From Promethearchaeia archaeon (GTDB lineage Archaea; Asgardarchaeota; Lokiarchaeia; Sigyniarchaeales; SOKP01), in contig JAHQWL010000026.1 in assembly GCA_029856155.1 (NCBI GenBank), positions 1 to 52,545 on the forward strand: a stretch of 52,545 bases of DNA. Reading direction: 5' to 3'. This document shows, one piece after another, positions 9,620 through 19,302 of the stretch. The notes under the pieces are model-generated. The model saw only the letters and a list, made by a program, of their open reading frames with translations. It did no database searches and was not told the origin of the DNA. Position 1 is the first letter of the stretch, and each line of letters starts with the position of its first letter. The translations under genes were made by a program, and so were the position numbers.

Positions 9620-10921
9620 TTATTTCATACCCCATTTTTCAATAGCTTTCGCTAATTCAGAGTGGTTTTTTGCATATTCATTTAGACTATAACCTTGTAA
9701 AATTGCATCAACAGCTTGTCTAATCGCTCTTGCTCCCGCTTTAGTTCCATCTGGATGACCATGGCATCCTCCTCCAAACTGGTATACCATATCTTTTCCT
9801 AAAATTTTAATTAATTCGGGAACATGTAATGGACTCAAACCTCCTGATGCGACAGGTAAAACTGGCTTGATTGTATACCAATCTTGATTTAATGTCGTTA
9901 AATTGTTATCTTTAATATGGGGGTTGGAAATTATATCGTTAATTTCTAAGACTTCTTTTTTTTCTCCTTCCATTTTTCCAACAATAGTGCCAGTGTGTAA
10001 TTGATCCATACCTATCAATCTCATTAATTTTGCTAGCGCCAACATAGTCATTCCATGTTTCTTGTTGCGAGTGAATGCCGCATGCATAGCTCTATGGGCA
10101 TGAATTGCTACATCCTTATTATCAAGATATTCTCTGATTTCTTGTAAGGCAGAAAATCCAATGGTCACAATATCAACCATTACATATTCACCACCATTCT
10201 CTACTACAAAATCAGCGCGTTTCTTCATAACGCTTAGCGATGCTGTAATATTTGGCATATAAAACTTCCTTTCTCCGGTTTTGGATTCAATTTTATCCCG
10301 GATTTTTAATGTTTCTGTGATTCTTTTCTCGAACTTGTTAAATGTCATACTTGTTAGATTTTCATCATCTTTAACAATATCTAATCCACCCTGCCAAGCA
10401 TCTCCACAAACTTTGGCATGCTCAACTTCATTTAATCCAACTTTGGGTTTTACAATTGTGCCAAGAAGAGGTCTGTCTTTCACATTAGTTAATTTTTTGA
10501 TACCTTCAATTCCAAATTTAGGTCCTCTATAAGCTTTGACAATATCTTTAGGAAAACTTATATCTAATAACCTTAAAGACTTTAAAACCTTCATTCCATA
10601 TATATTACCTGCAATCGCACTTAAAATTTGAGGTAGATTACTTGCTTCAAATAGTTCTTTAGTGTACGCAATTTTGACAATACTATTTACCTTATCAATA
10701 TAAAAAGTTGATGGCTTAAGTCGTTCAGCTATTTCGGCAGATAATGTTGCTATTTCTGTCCAAGTGCCAATTGAACTTTCTTTTGCGATTTCTTCAGAAG
10801 CTTGCTCTAAATTTTTACACTCTGGTGAAATTTCCACATAATACATTGCAATCAAATCATTTTCACTTGGTTCATAGTCCAAATTTACATAATCCACCAA
10901 ATTATACCACCCAATTATCAT
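9620..10921 (-). CDS. rbcL: Form III RuBisCO (true start probably TTG/GTG 7-8 codons in)
   Basis: ESSIGTWT, GTIVKPKVGL, GGLDIVKDDE, HAHRAMHAA, GKMEG loop 6, SGG, QFGGGCHGHPDG. Confidence 0.95.
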   Translation of the reverse strand: MIIGWYNLVDYVNLDYEPSENDLIAMYYVEISPECKNLEQASEEIAKESSIGTWTEIATLSAEIAERLKPSTFYIDKVNSIVKIAYTKELFEASNLPQILSAIAGNIYGMKVLKSLRLLDISFPKDIVKAYRGPKFGIEGIKKLTNVKDRPLLGTIVKPKVGLNEVEHAKVCGDAWQGGLDIVKDDENLTSMTFNKFEKRITETLKIRDKIESKTGERKFYMPNITASLSVMKKRADFVVENGGEYVMVDIVTIGFSALQEIREYLDNKDVAIHAHRAMHAAFTRNKKHGMTMLALAKLMRLIGMDQLHTGTIVGKMEGEKKEVLEINDIISNPHIKDNNLTTLNQDWYTIKPVLPVASGGLSPLHVPELIKILGKDMVYQFGGGCHGHPDGTKAGARAIRQAVDAILQGYSLNEYAKNHSELAKAIEKWGMK

Positions 10922-11044
10922 TTAAACTTTAAATTAATTGAATAATTAAGAAATTTCTATTTAAGAAATTCAAATTTTGAATTACTATAATAAAATCATA
11001 AAAAATTAATAATATTTTTAATTATTTTACAGAGTGATAACACT

Positions 11045-11353
11045 ATGAGTGAAGCAAACAAATCTTTCATAATCAACGTTAAAGATTTAAGTTTTAAGAG
11101 TGAACAATATGTACTTGATTTAATTAGGTTCTTATCCGAAGCATTACCACAAATTATCCTTAACAGAAATGGAAATGATATTGGTGTAGAAATGCCAAAT
11201 AAATTATCAAAAAGAGCATTGAGACTTCGAATTAAAAAATTCCTTCATAAGAAAGGACTTTATAATGATTTCAGACCTATTTCTTATAAAACTTCTGAAT
11301 CTGAAGGATATATTGTGAAAGAGAAGAAAATTGTAGAGTTAAGTTATTATTAA
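11045..11353 (+). CDS. rpl22e: Ribosomal protein eL22 (L22e)-like
   Basis: LSKRALRLRIKKFLHKKGLYNDFRPIS resembles the eL22 motif FSKRYLKYLTKKYLKK..LRDWLRVV. Confidence 0.75.
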   Translation: MSEANKSFIINVKDLSFKSEQYVLDLIRFLSEALPQIILNRNGNDIGVEMPNKLSKRALRLRIKKFLHKKGLYNDFRPISYKTSESEGYIVKEKKIVELSYY

Positions 11354-11404
11354 TACCTATTCTCTTTCAAAATAATTAAATTATTTAAAAAAATATTATT
11401 AAAT

Positions 11405-12379
11405 GTGTCTTTACTAGGAACAAATCTTAATATTTCGATTAAACAGATTGATGATTTAATACGATGCCTTAGTTTAGCAAGCTTTTTAGAAGTAGCGGGG
11501 TGGCCTAAACCAGGGAATGTTCACCGTACAAAAGATTTTGAAAATACAAAATTTGAACATTTTTTAGCGGGAATTGTGGCAATTCAGCCAACTTTTAGAG
11601 AATTTTGTTATCAAATTTTTCAAATTCCTTTTAAAAATGACGATGATTATGAAAAAATCGAATTAGGTCAATTTTTCATGAAGGCTACTAAAGAAATGAT
11701 AAATTGGCAAAGTGGAGGTAATGTGTTATTAGGACATATATTAATTTTAGCACCACTCGCCGCAGCATCCGTAATTTGTTTAAAAACACAGAAATATCAT
11801 TATAATGATTTGAGAGATAATTTAAGTAAAGTTATTGATAACAGCACTGTAAATGATACTGTAAATTTGTACAAAGCTATACGAATATGCAATCCTGGTG
11901 GTTTAGGATCTATTGAAAAATATGATATTAACAACGAAAATTCTCTCAATGATATTATTTCTGATAATATAACTCTGAAAAAAATATTTAAACTTTCAAA
12001 GAACAAGGATTTGATAAGTATGGAATATGCGACTGGTTTTACCAAAATTATAAACGAGGGGCTACCCTATTTCTTAGAAGTATTTAACCAATATAGAGAT
12101 ATAAATACTGCAACTGTTAATACATATTTAAAACTCTTATCTTTACATCCAGATACTCTTGTTATAAGAAAATCTGGAATCGATGCTGCATTATATATCT
12201 CAAAAGCAGCATCAAAAATATTAGAAAAGGGAGGTATTTCATCTGATAAAGGTTTAAGATTAATAATGGAGTTAGATAATGAACTTCAACAAAAAAGAGG
12301 AAAATATAATCCCGGTACGACAGCTGATCTTCTATCTGGAATAATATTTTGCGCTTTATTGTTTGGTTTAAGAATCTAA
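11405..12379 (+). CDS. citG: Triphosphoribosyl-dephospho-CoA synthase (CitG family)
   Basis: LEV..PKPGNVHR, DTLVIRKSG, NPGTTADL. Confidence 0.85.
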   Translation: MSLLGTNLNISIKQIDDLIRCLSLASFLEVAGWPKPGNVHRTKDFENTKFEHFLAGIVAIQPTFREFCYQIFQIPFKNDDDYEKIELGQFFMKATKEMINWQSGGNVLLGHILILAPLAAASVICLKTQKYHYNDLRDNLSKVIDNSTVNDTVNLYKAIRICNPGGLGSIEKYDINNENSLNDIISDNITLKKIFKLSKNKDLISMEYATGFTKIINEGLPYFLEVFNQYRDINTATVNTYLKLLSLHPDTLVIRKSGIDAALYISKAASKILEKGGISSDKGLRLIMELDNELQQKRGKYNPGTTADLLSGIIFCALLFGLRI

Positions 12380-12461
12380 ATGCAAAAAAATTATTTGCTA
12401 GAATGAATTTATTATCTATTATAGAAAAAGATTAATAATTTCTCTTTGGGTTATTGAGATT

Positions 12462-12842
12462 ATGGAATTCTGCGACGAATGTGGAGGAATGATGTTACCT
12501 TCAAAAGTAGATGGTATAAAAGTATTAAAATGTAAGTGTGGAGCAACTAAGCCATTTTCAGAAGAAAAGTCTGAAGCTTATAAAGTATCCACTAAAATCG
12601 AGCATTCTATAAGAGAGGAGGTAACAAATCTAGTTGAAGTTATGGACTGGAAGGATAAGAATCTAAGAAGTTCGATTAAAGATTTTAAATGTCCTCGCTG
12701 TGGATATGATAAAGCACACCTTGAGACACGTCAAACACGCAGAGCTGATGAGGGAATGACAACTTAAAATGTGCCATTTTAAGTCATGAATCACTTCATC
12801 ACCTGCTTGAAATGTGGTAAAATGAAAAAAATTGGAAGCTAA
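12462..12842 (+). CDS. tfs: Transcription factor S (TFS/RpoM), split by a 30-nt insert; 116 aa if the insert is removed
   Basis: MEFCDECG..CKC; CPRCG..QTRRADEGMT | HFITCLKCGKMKKIGS*. The downstream part is in the same frame, beyond TAA codons at 12765 and 12780. Confidence 0.88.
12761..12790 (+). other. Candidate bulge-helix-bulge (BHB) mRNA intron in tfs
   Basis: Perfect 10-bp hairpin ACTTAAAATG-TGC-CATTTTAAGT, flanking 3-nt bulges, ATGA/TCAT helix, and exon-exon stem TGATGAGG/CTTCATCA. Confidence 0.65.
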
Positions 12843-13099
12843 CCATAAAACTTACATAAAAACTTTTGCTAAATCTAAAGATGGGAAGGGATATCTTGAA
12901 GATCATCCTATAAGTTGAAAAAATTAGAAATTAATAGAAAAAACTGGATTTATATTAAATCCAATTTAAGTAAGTCAAGTATAAAGATGTCTTATTTAAA
13001 GACGTCTATCGGATTAAATAATAATAGTTCAAATTCTCTTTAATATTTGCAATTAGTTTATATAGTTTTATATATTATTAGCAAAATGGCAATGATTAG

Positions 13100-13315
13100 G
13101 AATATCCAGAATATATAATTTGTCCTATATGTCAAACTAAAATAAGTATAGATTATAATAAAAAAAAGATAGCTTACACAGAAGATATTTATAATATACA
13201 AATTAAAACTCCAGGTCTTAGAGATGCGGGTCGTAGTTCTGTAAGACCAGGGGATACATATATTCAGGTAAGTATATGTACTAATTGTAAAGGAATACTT
13301 GGAACTAGTTGGTGA
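13100..13315 (+). pseudogene. Small Zn-finger protein not in the ORF track; start region disrupted
   Basis: EYPEYIICPICQTKI...VSICTNCKGILGTSW*. It is preceded by an in-frame TAG, and the nearby ATG (13086) is out of frame. Confidence 0.55.
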
Positions 13316-13386
13316 TATATAAAAAAAATCTATTAAATTTTTTTTTCTTAAGTTTAAACTATAATTTATTTGCTTTTAGTAATTAA

Positions 13387-13719
13387 AGGAACAAAATTTC
13401 TAGAAGAAAATTTTATGGAATTGCAATAACGGAAAGAACAGTAAAACACTGGAGGTTAGTATGGAATTTATTTCATACAGATCCTAAAGTTAAAGTTGCT
13501 ACCAAGGTAAATCTTATAAAAGAATTATTAGCATTGGAAGATTGGACTTTAGAAGAAATTTATTCTAAACTTATAGGTTATAATTATGATTCCTCAAATA
13601 GTAAACATCGTTATCGATTAAGAAAAAGATTAAAAGAGTGGTTTGCTAATGATCCATTGATTCAAGGATCTAATGATATAGTAAAAAGAATTAAGGAAGT
13701 CTATGGCGTCGCAATGTAA
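13387..13719 (+). pseudogene. Start-less ~110-codon C-terminal fragment of a basic helical protein
   Basis: Frame open from 13387; TLEEIYSKLIGY...RLKEWF...IKEVY loosely parallels the C-terminus of 501-2894. Confidence 0.4.
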
Positions 13720-13748
13720 ATGAGGAGCAGACTAATAAGCTAAATTAA

Positions 13749-14048
13749 TTATTTTTGATTAAAACGTTTTCTAATTACTTCTTCTTCGATATTTTCAAGA
13801 AAAGAAATTTTAATTAATTTATCTTTAGTTTTTGAACCGGAGATAATTTGGATTTGACTTGATGATATTTTTAGTTTTCTTTTTAGAAGATTTGTTAATT
13901 CTTTATTTGCTCTATTTTGGATGGGCTTCGAGGTAAGATAAATTGTCAAAAAACTCCCATTATTAACAATAGCTTGAGTTTTAGAGTTTGTCTTAACATT
14001 CACCCTTAAAAAATAAATAGTATCAGAATGTTTTTCTAAAAAATTCAT
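13749..14048 (-). CDS. DUF167/UPF0235 family protein
   Basis: LRVNVKTNS..PIQNRANKEL..IQIISGSKTKDK. Confidence 0.85.
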   Translation of the reverse strand: MNFLEKHSDTIYFLRVNVKTNSKTQAIVNNGSFLTIYLTSKPIQNRANKELTNLLKRKLKISSSQIQIISGSKTKDKLIKISFLENIEEEVIRKRFNQK

Positions 14049-14076
14049 TTTTCAAAGCCAAATAATATGTTATAAA

Positions 14077-15465
14077 TCAAATAAATTCATCTGCTCTCTT
14101 TTTTAAGATATTATATGACGGATTTGATAATCTAATACCTCCCGCTAATTTGTGCCCTCCACCTACTCCTCCCAATTCTTTCTTTATGCTGGTGATTATT
14201 TTATTTACACCACGGGTTTTATTGTTATCAAGATAATTTCTTGAACACCGAATACTCAATTTAATTGTGCCAGATTTCTTTTCGGGACCTCCTAAAAATA
14301 AGACTTTTTTTGGATTGAAAAGTTCATTTACAGCACTAAAACTAGCTGTATCTGACCAGCTGCTTGGAGGTATTTTACCTTTTACCTCCATAAATATTGC
14401 TTTTTTAGTTTCATGGTGAGGTATCTCATTAGATAAAATTCTTAGATTTCTAGAGAGATCCTGAATATATTCAGAATATATTCCTTTAGCATAACGAGTG
14501 ATTGATTTCAATTGAATAATAGAGAGAGCAGCACTAATATTTTTAAAACAAAGAATATTTAATAAAAGAGCATGTTCAAAAGCAAATTTTAATAATCCTA
14601 ATTTGTGAGGTAATATAGCAAAATGACCAAGACTATTAAAACCCGCGGTTTTTTGAATTAATTCGATTTCTGATTCATTTAGATCAATAAGATTAGTTCT
14701 TGGATTAATGGATAGCGAACTTAAGAAAGACGTGATTTTTTGATCTGATTCCCCTCCAAATTGATTGAGGAAGGGTAATATACTATATTTTAACCCATTT
14801 TTAATAGATTCGTGCATACTTCCAAATAAAATTAAACCTTCTTCATCTTCAATAAGGTCTTCCCTTACCAATTCCTCATAAACTTCTCGGTTAAATGATT
14901 GTAGCTTATCCATTGGTTTTAATGAATCTCCAGCAATTCCAATAACTGTTAACCATCCTTGTTTTATTATGGATGGTTTTACTTGTTTTGCAAACATGTG
15001 TGTTAAAGTTGCTCCAGCAATATGTTCAAGGCCATCATATCCATAAATAGTGGGATTTATAAAAAATAGATTCTCAGGCAATTCCTCTGTGTGAAACTCA
15101 TCTTCTACCTCATGATGATCAAGGATAAAAAAAATTTCTTTTCTATTTTTTATTATTGGGATTAATTCTTTTAAGTTGGAGCCAACATCTGTAAAAATAA
15201 AAGCGTTCTTGTCAGTTTGCCTACTTGAGAGAATTCCGTTTAAATAATTCTCCCAAGAAACCGATCTATTATAAATAAAATAATCATAATTTAGATGCAT
15301 CTTGTATAATAAATTTTGGATTATATGTAAGCAACTTATTCCATCTGCATCATTATGGGAAATAGTTATAACATGTGTAAAGGAACGATCGATGAATTGA
15401 TCTACTGCATTGCTAAGATCTGCTAAAAATTTAGTTTTATTTTGGGTATTGGCCATCCTTATCAT
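14077..15465 (-). CDS. DHH family phosphoesterase (RecJ/GAN/Cdc45-like)
   Basis: SHNDADG, FTDVGS, ILDHH, DHHA1 GGGHKLAGG. Confidence 0.85.
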   Translation of the reverse strand: MIRMANTQNKTKFLADLSNAVDQFIDRSFTHVITISHNDADGISCLHIIQNLLYKMHLNYDYFIYNRSVSWENYLNGILSSRQTDKNAFIFTDVGSNLKELIPIIKNRKEIFFILDHHEVEDEFHTEELPENLFFINPTIYGYDGLEHIAGATLTHMFAKQVKPSIIKQGWLTVIGIAGDSLKPMDKLQSFNREVYEELVREDLIEDEEGLILFGSMHESIKNGLKYSILPFLNQFGGESDQKITSFLSSLSINPRTNLIDLNESEIELIQKTAGFNSLGHFAILPHKLGLLKFAFEHALLLNILCFKNISAALSIIQLKSITRYAKGIYSEYIQDLSRNLRILSNEIPHHETKKAIFMEVKGKIPPSSWSDTASFSAVNELFNPKKVLFLGGPEKKSGTIKLSIRCSRNYLDNNKTRGVNKIITSIKKELGGVGGGHKLAGGIRLSNPSYNILKKRADEFI

Positions 15466-15743
15466 TATTTTTTAAATTATTAGATTATCTATAATCGATC
15501 ATTCAAATAAAAATTAATCCTTAAGATTTATCTTTAAATAGAGTAAATTATCAAAATGGTTTATTTTACTATTCTCATCTTATTTTGAATTTTAATAAAT
15601 CCAAAATAAATTCTATAATTATAAATATTCCGATTTTAATTAAGTCGTATGAAGAAAATGAGTCAAAAGATTAATCCTATAGAAAAATTATTTAATTTAT
15701 TTTAATTTTCTGTTCTAAATACTTTACTATTAAAACGTTAAAA

Positions 15744-17429
15744 ATGTTAAATAAAAAACGGAATTATGTTAATTTAAGTATTAAGATCTTGTTAATCTTT
15801 TTAATATTCTCGCATGTATTAATTCCGTTAGTTTTAGGAAGTAATAGTTTTAACTCCACTTCCCAGATTTATAATCCCGAACTTGAAATAAGTAAATTCT
15901 CTAAGGACGATTATAAAGCGATACTTAACGAAGAAAAACAGGCACTTGGAAATATTACAATAAATGATATTGATTTTAATGAATTAGAAATTGATTTTTC
16001 AATTGAAAATACCAGTTATCCTCTTATTTGGGAAGATATCAAATCTGGTGCGTTGAATATAACACAAATTAATATGCAATTTTTAAATACTTCAGAACCT
16101 GCAATTGTAGATAATATGAATGAAAATATTGAAGATAATAATATTTTAAAAGTGATTCTAAATGAAAGTTTAATGGTTGAACTTAATAGTCCGACTTTAG
16201 GATATTTAATATATCATTCTCGTTTAGTTCCTTGTCGATTACTCCAGTTTTTTGTAGATAATGGTACTAATGTTTTTGAACTTAATAATGAGACAGATTA
16301 CTCAAAGGATAATGATGATTTCATCATTTTTAATTACGAAGATTTTTTTAAAAATTGGCCAAGTTCAGAATTTAAAATGTATCTTATATGGGAATACGAG
16401 TTATCTATTGATGAGTGGCAATTAAATCAAAATTTAAGTAACGATTTAATAATTCAAGACCAAATTCAAAATTTTACCGTGGAATATCATTACTATTTTG
16501 TTTTAACTGGTAAAAAATATAATTTATCTGTTTTTAATCCAATTATTTTTGCTGATAATATAGATGTCGCCTTAACTGTTAATTTACCAGACAGATATTT
16601 ATTAAGTGATCACATATTAGAACTTAACAACCAATTCATTAATATTAATGATTATCTTAATTCAAATAAAACAATTGATATTTCTTTAACAGAACATTTT
16701 TCTGCAGATCAGAGTAAATTCTCTTTAAATTTTACAACATCTTTTACATTCCAATTTATTAAACCCCTGAGAAAGACATGGGCTATAGACAGACTTATTG
16801 AAGAGATAGATATTCGGGAGAGAATTTATTTTCCTTCCTTAATTCAAGGACCTCAACACATATATCTTAAAAATTTGTCATTTTATGAACCTACAATTTA
16901 TTTTGAACAAGTCTTAAAGAATTCTTCATTATTTAATAGAAATTCACCATATTTTTACTTGAATACTTCGCTCACAGGGAAAGTAGGAATATTAGTTAAA
17001 GTTCCCTATTTAGTAGTTGGTGAGACTTGCCCCTTTATAATTAAGTATAGATCAACACAAACTTTAAGATTAATTATAACAGATAATATAAAAATGCCTT
17101 TAGTAGGAGCATATGTAGAAGTATATTATTATGGTCAAAAATATGGAACTTATATTTCTACTGAGGAAATTCAGCCGATAACACCTGGAAATACTAATGA
17201 AAATGGACGCATCACATTAAGTGCTGTTCCTTATGGAAATTATACAATTAGAGTCTATCATAACAGAATCTTTCTTAAAGAATCAACAGCTAGTACTTAT
17301 AATGAATATAACTATATTTACACAACTTATCCTCATTTTCCTCTTTGGATAATAATTTTTGGAGGTATAAATGGGATCATTTTAATCTTTGGATTAATAT
17401 TTTATTTAAAAAATAAGAAATTGCGATAA
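15744..17429 (+). CDS. Secreted, C-terminally membrane-anchored protein with a carboxypeptidase-regulatory-like beta domain
   Basis: N-terminal hydrophobic helix, many NxS/T sequons, PLVGAYV..TNENG..VPYGNYTI, C-terminal TM plus basic tail. Confidence 0.7.
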   Translation: MLNKKRNYVNLSIKILLIFLIFSHVLIPLVLGSNSFNSTSQIYNPELEISKFSKDDYKAILNEEKQALGNITINDIDFNELEIDFSIENTSYPLIWEDIKSGALNITQINMQFLNTSEPAIVDNMNENIEDNNILKVILNESLMVELNSPTLGYLIYHSRLVPCRLLQFFVDNGTNVFELNNETDYSKDNDDFIIFNYEDFFKNWPSSEFKMYLIWEYELSIDEWQLNQNLSNDLIIQDQIQNFTVEYHYYFVLTGKKYNLSVFNPIIFADNIDVALTVNLPDRYLLSDHILELNNQFININDYLNSNKTIDISLTEHFSADQSKFSLNFTTSFTFQFIKPLRKTWAIDRLIEEIDIRERIYFPSLIQGPQHIYLKNLSFYEPTIYFEQVLKNSSLFNRNSPYFYLNTSLTGKVGILVKVPYLVVGETCPFIIKYRSTQTLRLIITDNIKMPLVGAYVEVYYYGQKYGTYISTEEIQPITPGNTNENGRITLSAVPYGNYTIRVYHNRIFLKESTASTYNEYNYIYTTYPHFPLWIIIFGGINGIILIFGLIFYLKNKKLR

Positions 17430-17434
17430 TTACC

Positions 17435-17725
17435 TTGATTGTTATATTTTGTGATACTATTGACGATTTCATTACATTCATAGACAAAAGAATTATGGAC
17501 GAAATTTTCTATGAAATGAGAGAAAGTGAAAAAGAGATTGTACTTCATTTTCTTGCAAAAGTCTCAGATACTCTAATACTATATGAAACCAAACAAAACA
17601 TAACAAAAGCTACTAATAATAAAGAAGTTATAACTTCATTAATAACTATCCTTACACAGGTAGATCCTGCCTTAAAACTTGTAAAAGGAAAAATAAGGGA
17701 AATTTTTTTGTCATATTCTTCTTAA
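17435..17725 (+). CDS. Hypothetical protein
   Basis: 96-aa ORF with TTG start 5 nt after the previous gene; fills the gap. Confidence 0.6.
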   Translation: MIVIFCDTIDDFITFIDKRIMDEIFYEMRESEKEIVLHFLAKVSDTLILYETKQNITKATNNKEVITSLITILTQVDPALKLVKGKIREIFLSYSS

Positions 17726-17748
17726 ATTATATGATTAAACAAATAACC

Positions 17749-19302
17749 CTAATTATGATTTATTGCCTCCCCATACCCAATTAATCTGTACCTTCTATTT
17801 ATAATTCTCGAAATAGCAAAGATGAAATTTTCAGGAGGACATATTGGAGGATTTAGTTTTAGGATAACGCTATTTTTTAGTATTTTTGTGACGGTTCCAC
17901 CCGTTTTTTCTGTTCCGACTACTAGCAATAATTTTTCATTATGTTTAACCGAATGTACTCTAAGCATCTGTTCAGAACCAATCACTCTATCTAAAAGATT
18001 CACTTTTAATTCTACTTCATCAAGAACCTCGGGTAAAGTACCGTGTTTTCCGACTAAATGGCCGATTAAGTGATCACCCTTAGTTAAAGCAGGATCCAAT
18101 TTTGTTCCCAAACCAATGAGCCCACCTGGCTTTGCATTATCCAATAGATTATTTCCCTGACTGATACTTACAACGGTGGATTTTAAAGGAGTGTAATTAT
18201 CTTTTATTCTTAAACCAGGACGAATTTCAATTTGCTCCCCGACATTAATTTTACCTTTTAAAACAGAACCGCCTATTACACCCCCTTTTAGATCATTGAT
18301 TTCTTTCCCAGGTCGATTAATATCAAAAGATCTTGCGATTAAAAATTGGAATTCTCCTTCACTAAATTCAGGAGATGGAATAATTTCTTCAAATGCTCTT
18401 AAAATTAGGCCTATATTTGCCCCAAATACTGCTGAAATTGGTATAATTGGAGCATTTTCAGCAATCGTACCTTTAATAAATTCTTTTATTTGTTGATAAT
18501 TCTCCATTGCTTGCTCTCGTGAAACCGCATCAATTTTATTTTGTAGTATGATAATATTTTCTATATTAGCTATATGCAATGCTTCTAGATGTTCTCTTGT
18601 TTGTGGTTGAGGACATATCTCATCTGCAGCGATTAATAGGCATGCACCATCCATCAATGAAGCACCACTCAACATTGTTGCCATTAAGATTTCATGACCA
18701 GGAGCATCGACAAATGAAATATTTCTTCTAAATTCCAATTGTTCTTTACATTTAGGACATAAAAAACGAGGTTGTCCTTTTTCTCTTGCTTTTTCTGCTA
18801 AGTAATATGTTAAAAACTCGTCACAACTTGGACAATATAAAATTGTTGCATTCGAATACCCCAATTTTATTGAAATTCCTCTTTCTTGCTCTTCTGAATG
18901 TCTATCTGTCCAATCTCCTGTAAGTGTTTTTACTAGTGTAGTCTTACCGTGATCTACATGGCCAACTAACCCAATATTGCATTCTGCTTGTTGTTTTATT
19001 AATTCTTTAATATTTGAAGCTTCAGTTTTAGGTTTAGGTTTAGAAGTAGGTTTGGTTTTTACTTCTGAAATTGCTTTTCCTTCTGATTTAGGTTCTTCTT
19101 GAGGAGTAATTTCTTCAAGTAATTGTTGAGCATTTTCAATATATTTTTGAGCTGTTGTTTTTCCAACACCTTTAATTTTTAATTTTGCTAAATCATCTGG
19201 TTTAATTTTAGCTAATTTTTCAATAGAATCTATTCCTGCTGCTTTCATTTTTTCTGCAGTTGCTTTCCCTATGCCACCAATATCCGTTAAGTCATATGAC
19301 AT
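17749..19302 (-). CDS. eif2g: Translation initiation factor aIF2 gamma with an N-terminal helix-hairpin-helix fusion
   Basis: NIGLVGHVDHGKTT, RGISIKLGY, CxxC..CxxC, DAPGH, QNKID, RYRLIGYG; N-terminus has GGIGKAT and KGVGKTT HhH motifs. Confidence 0.95.
   Translation of the reverse strand: MSYDLTDIGGIGKATAEKMKAAGIDSIEKLAKIKPDDLAKLKIKGVGKTTAQKYIENAQQLLEEITPQEEPKSEGKAISEVKTKPTSKPKPKTEASNIKELIKQQAECNIGLVGHVDHGKTTLVKTLTGDWTDRHSEEQERGISIKLGYSNATILYCPSCDEFLTYYLAEKAREKGQPRFLCPKCKEQLEFRRNISFVDAPGHEILMATMLSGASLMDGACLLIAADEICPQPQTREHLEALHIANIENIIILQNKIDAVSREQAMENYQQIKEFIKGTIAENAPIIPISAVFGANIGLILRAFEEIIPSPEFSEGEFQFLIARSFDINRPGKEINDLKGGVIGGSVLKGKINVGEQIEIRPGLRIKDNYTPLKSTVVSISQGNNLLDNAKPGGLIGLGTKLDPALTKGDHLIGHLVGKHGTLPEVLDEVELKVNLLDRVIGSEQMLRVHSVKHNEKLLLVVGTEKTGGTVTKILKNSVILKLNPPICPPENFIFAISRIINRRYRLIGYGEAINHN

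Noticed and set aside
9620-10921. Calvin-cycle autotrophy, or a RuBisCO-like (form IV) protein
   Set aside because: There is no small subunit or PRK here, the catalytic motifs are of true RuBisCO type, and the neighbour is an R15P isomerase.
12765-12782. Simple stop readthrough or sequencing error in tfs
   Set aside because: It would require reading through two TAA codons and adding 10 aa in the catalytic Zn ribbon; a structured 30-nt insert is not a typical base error.
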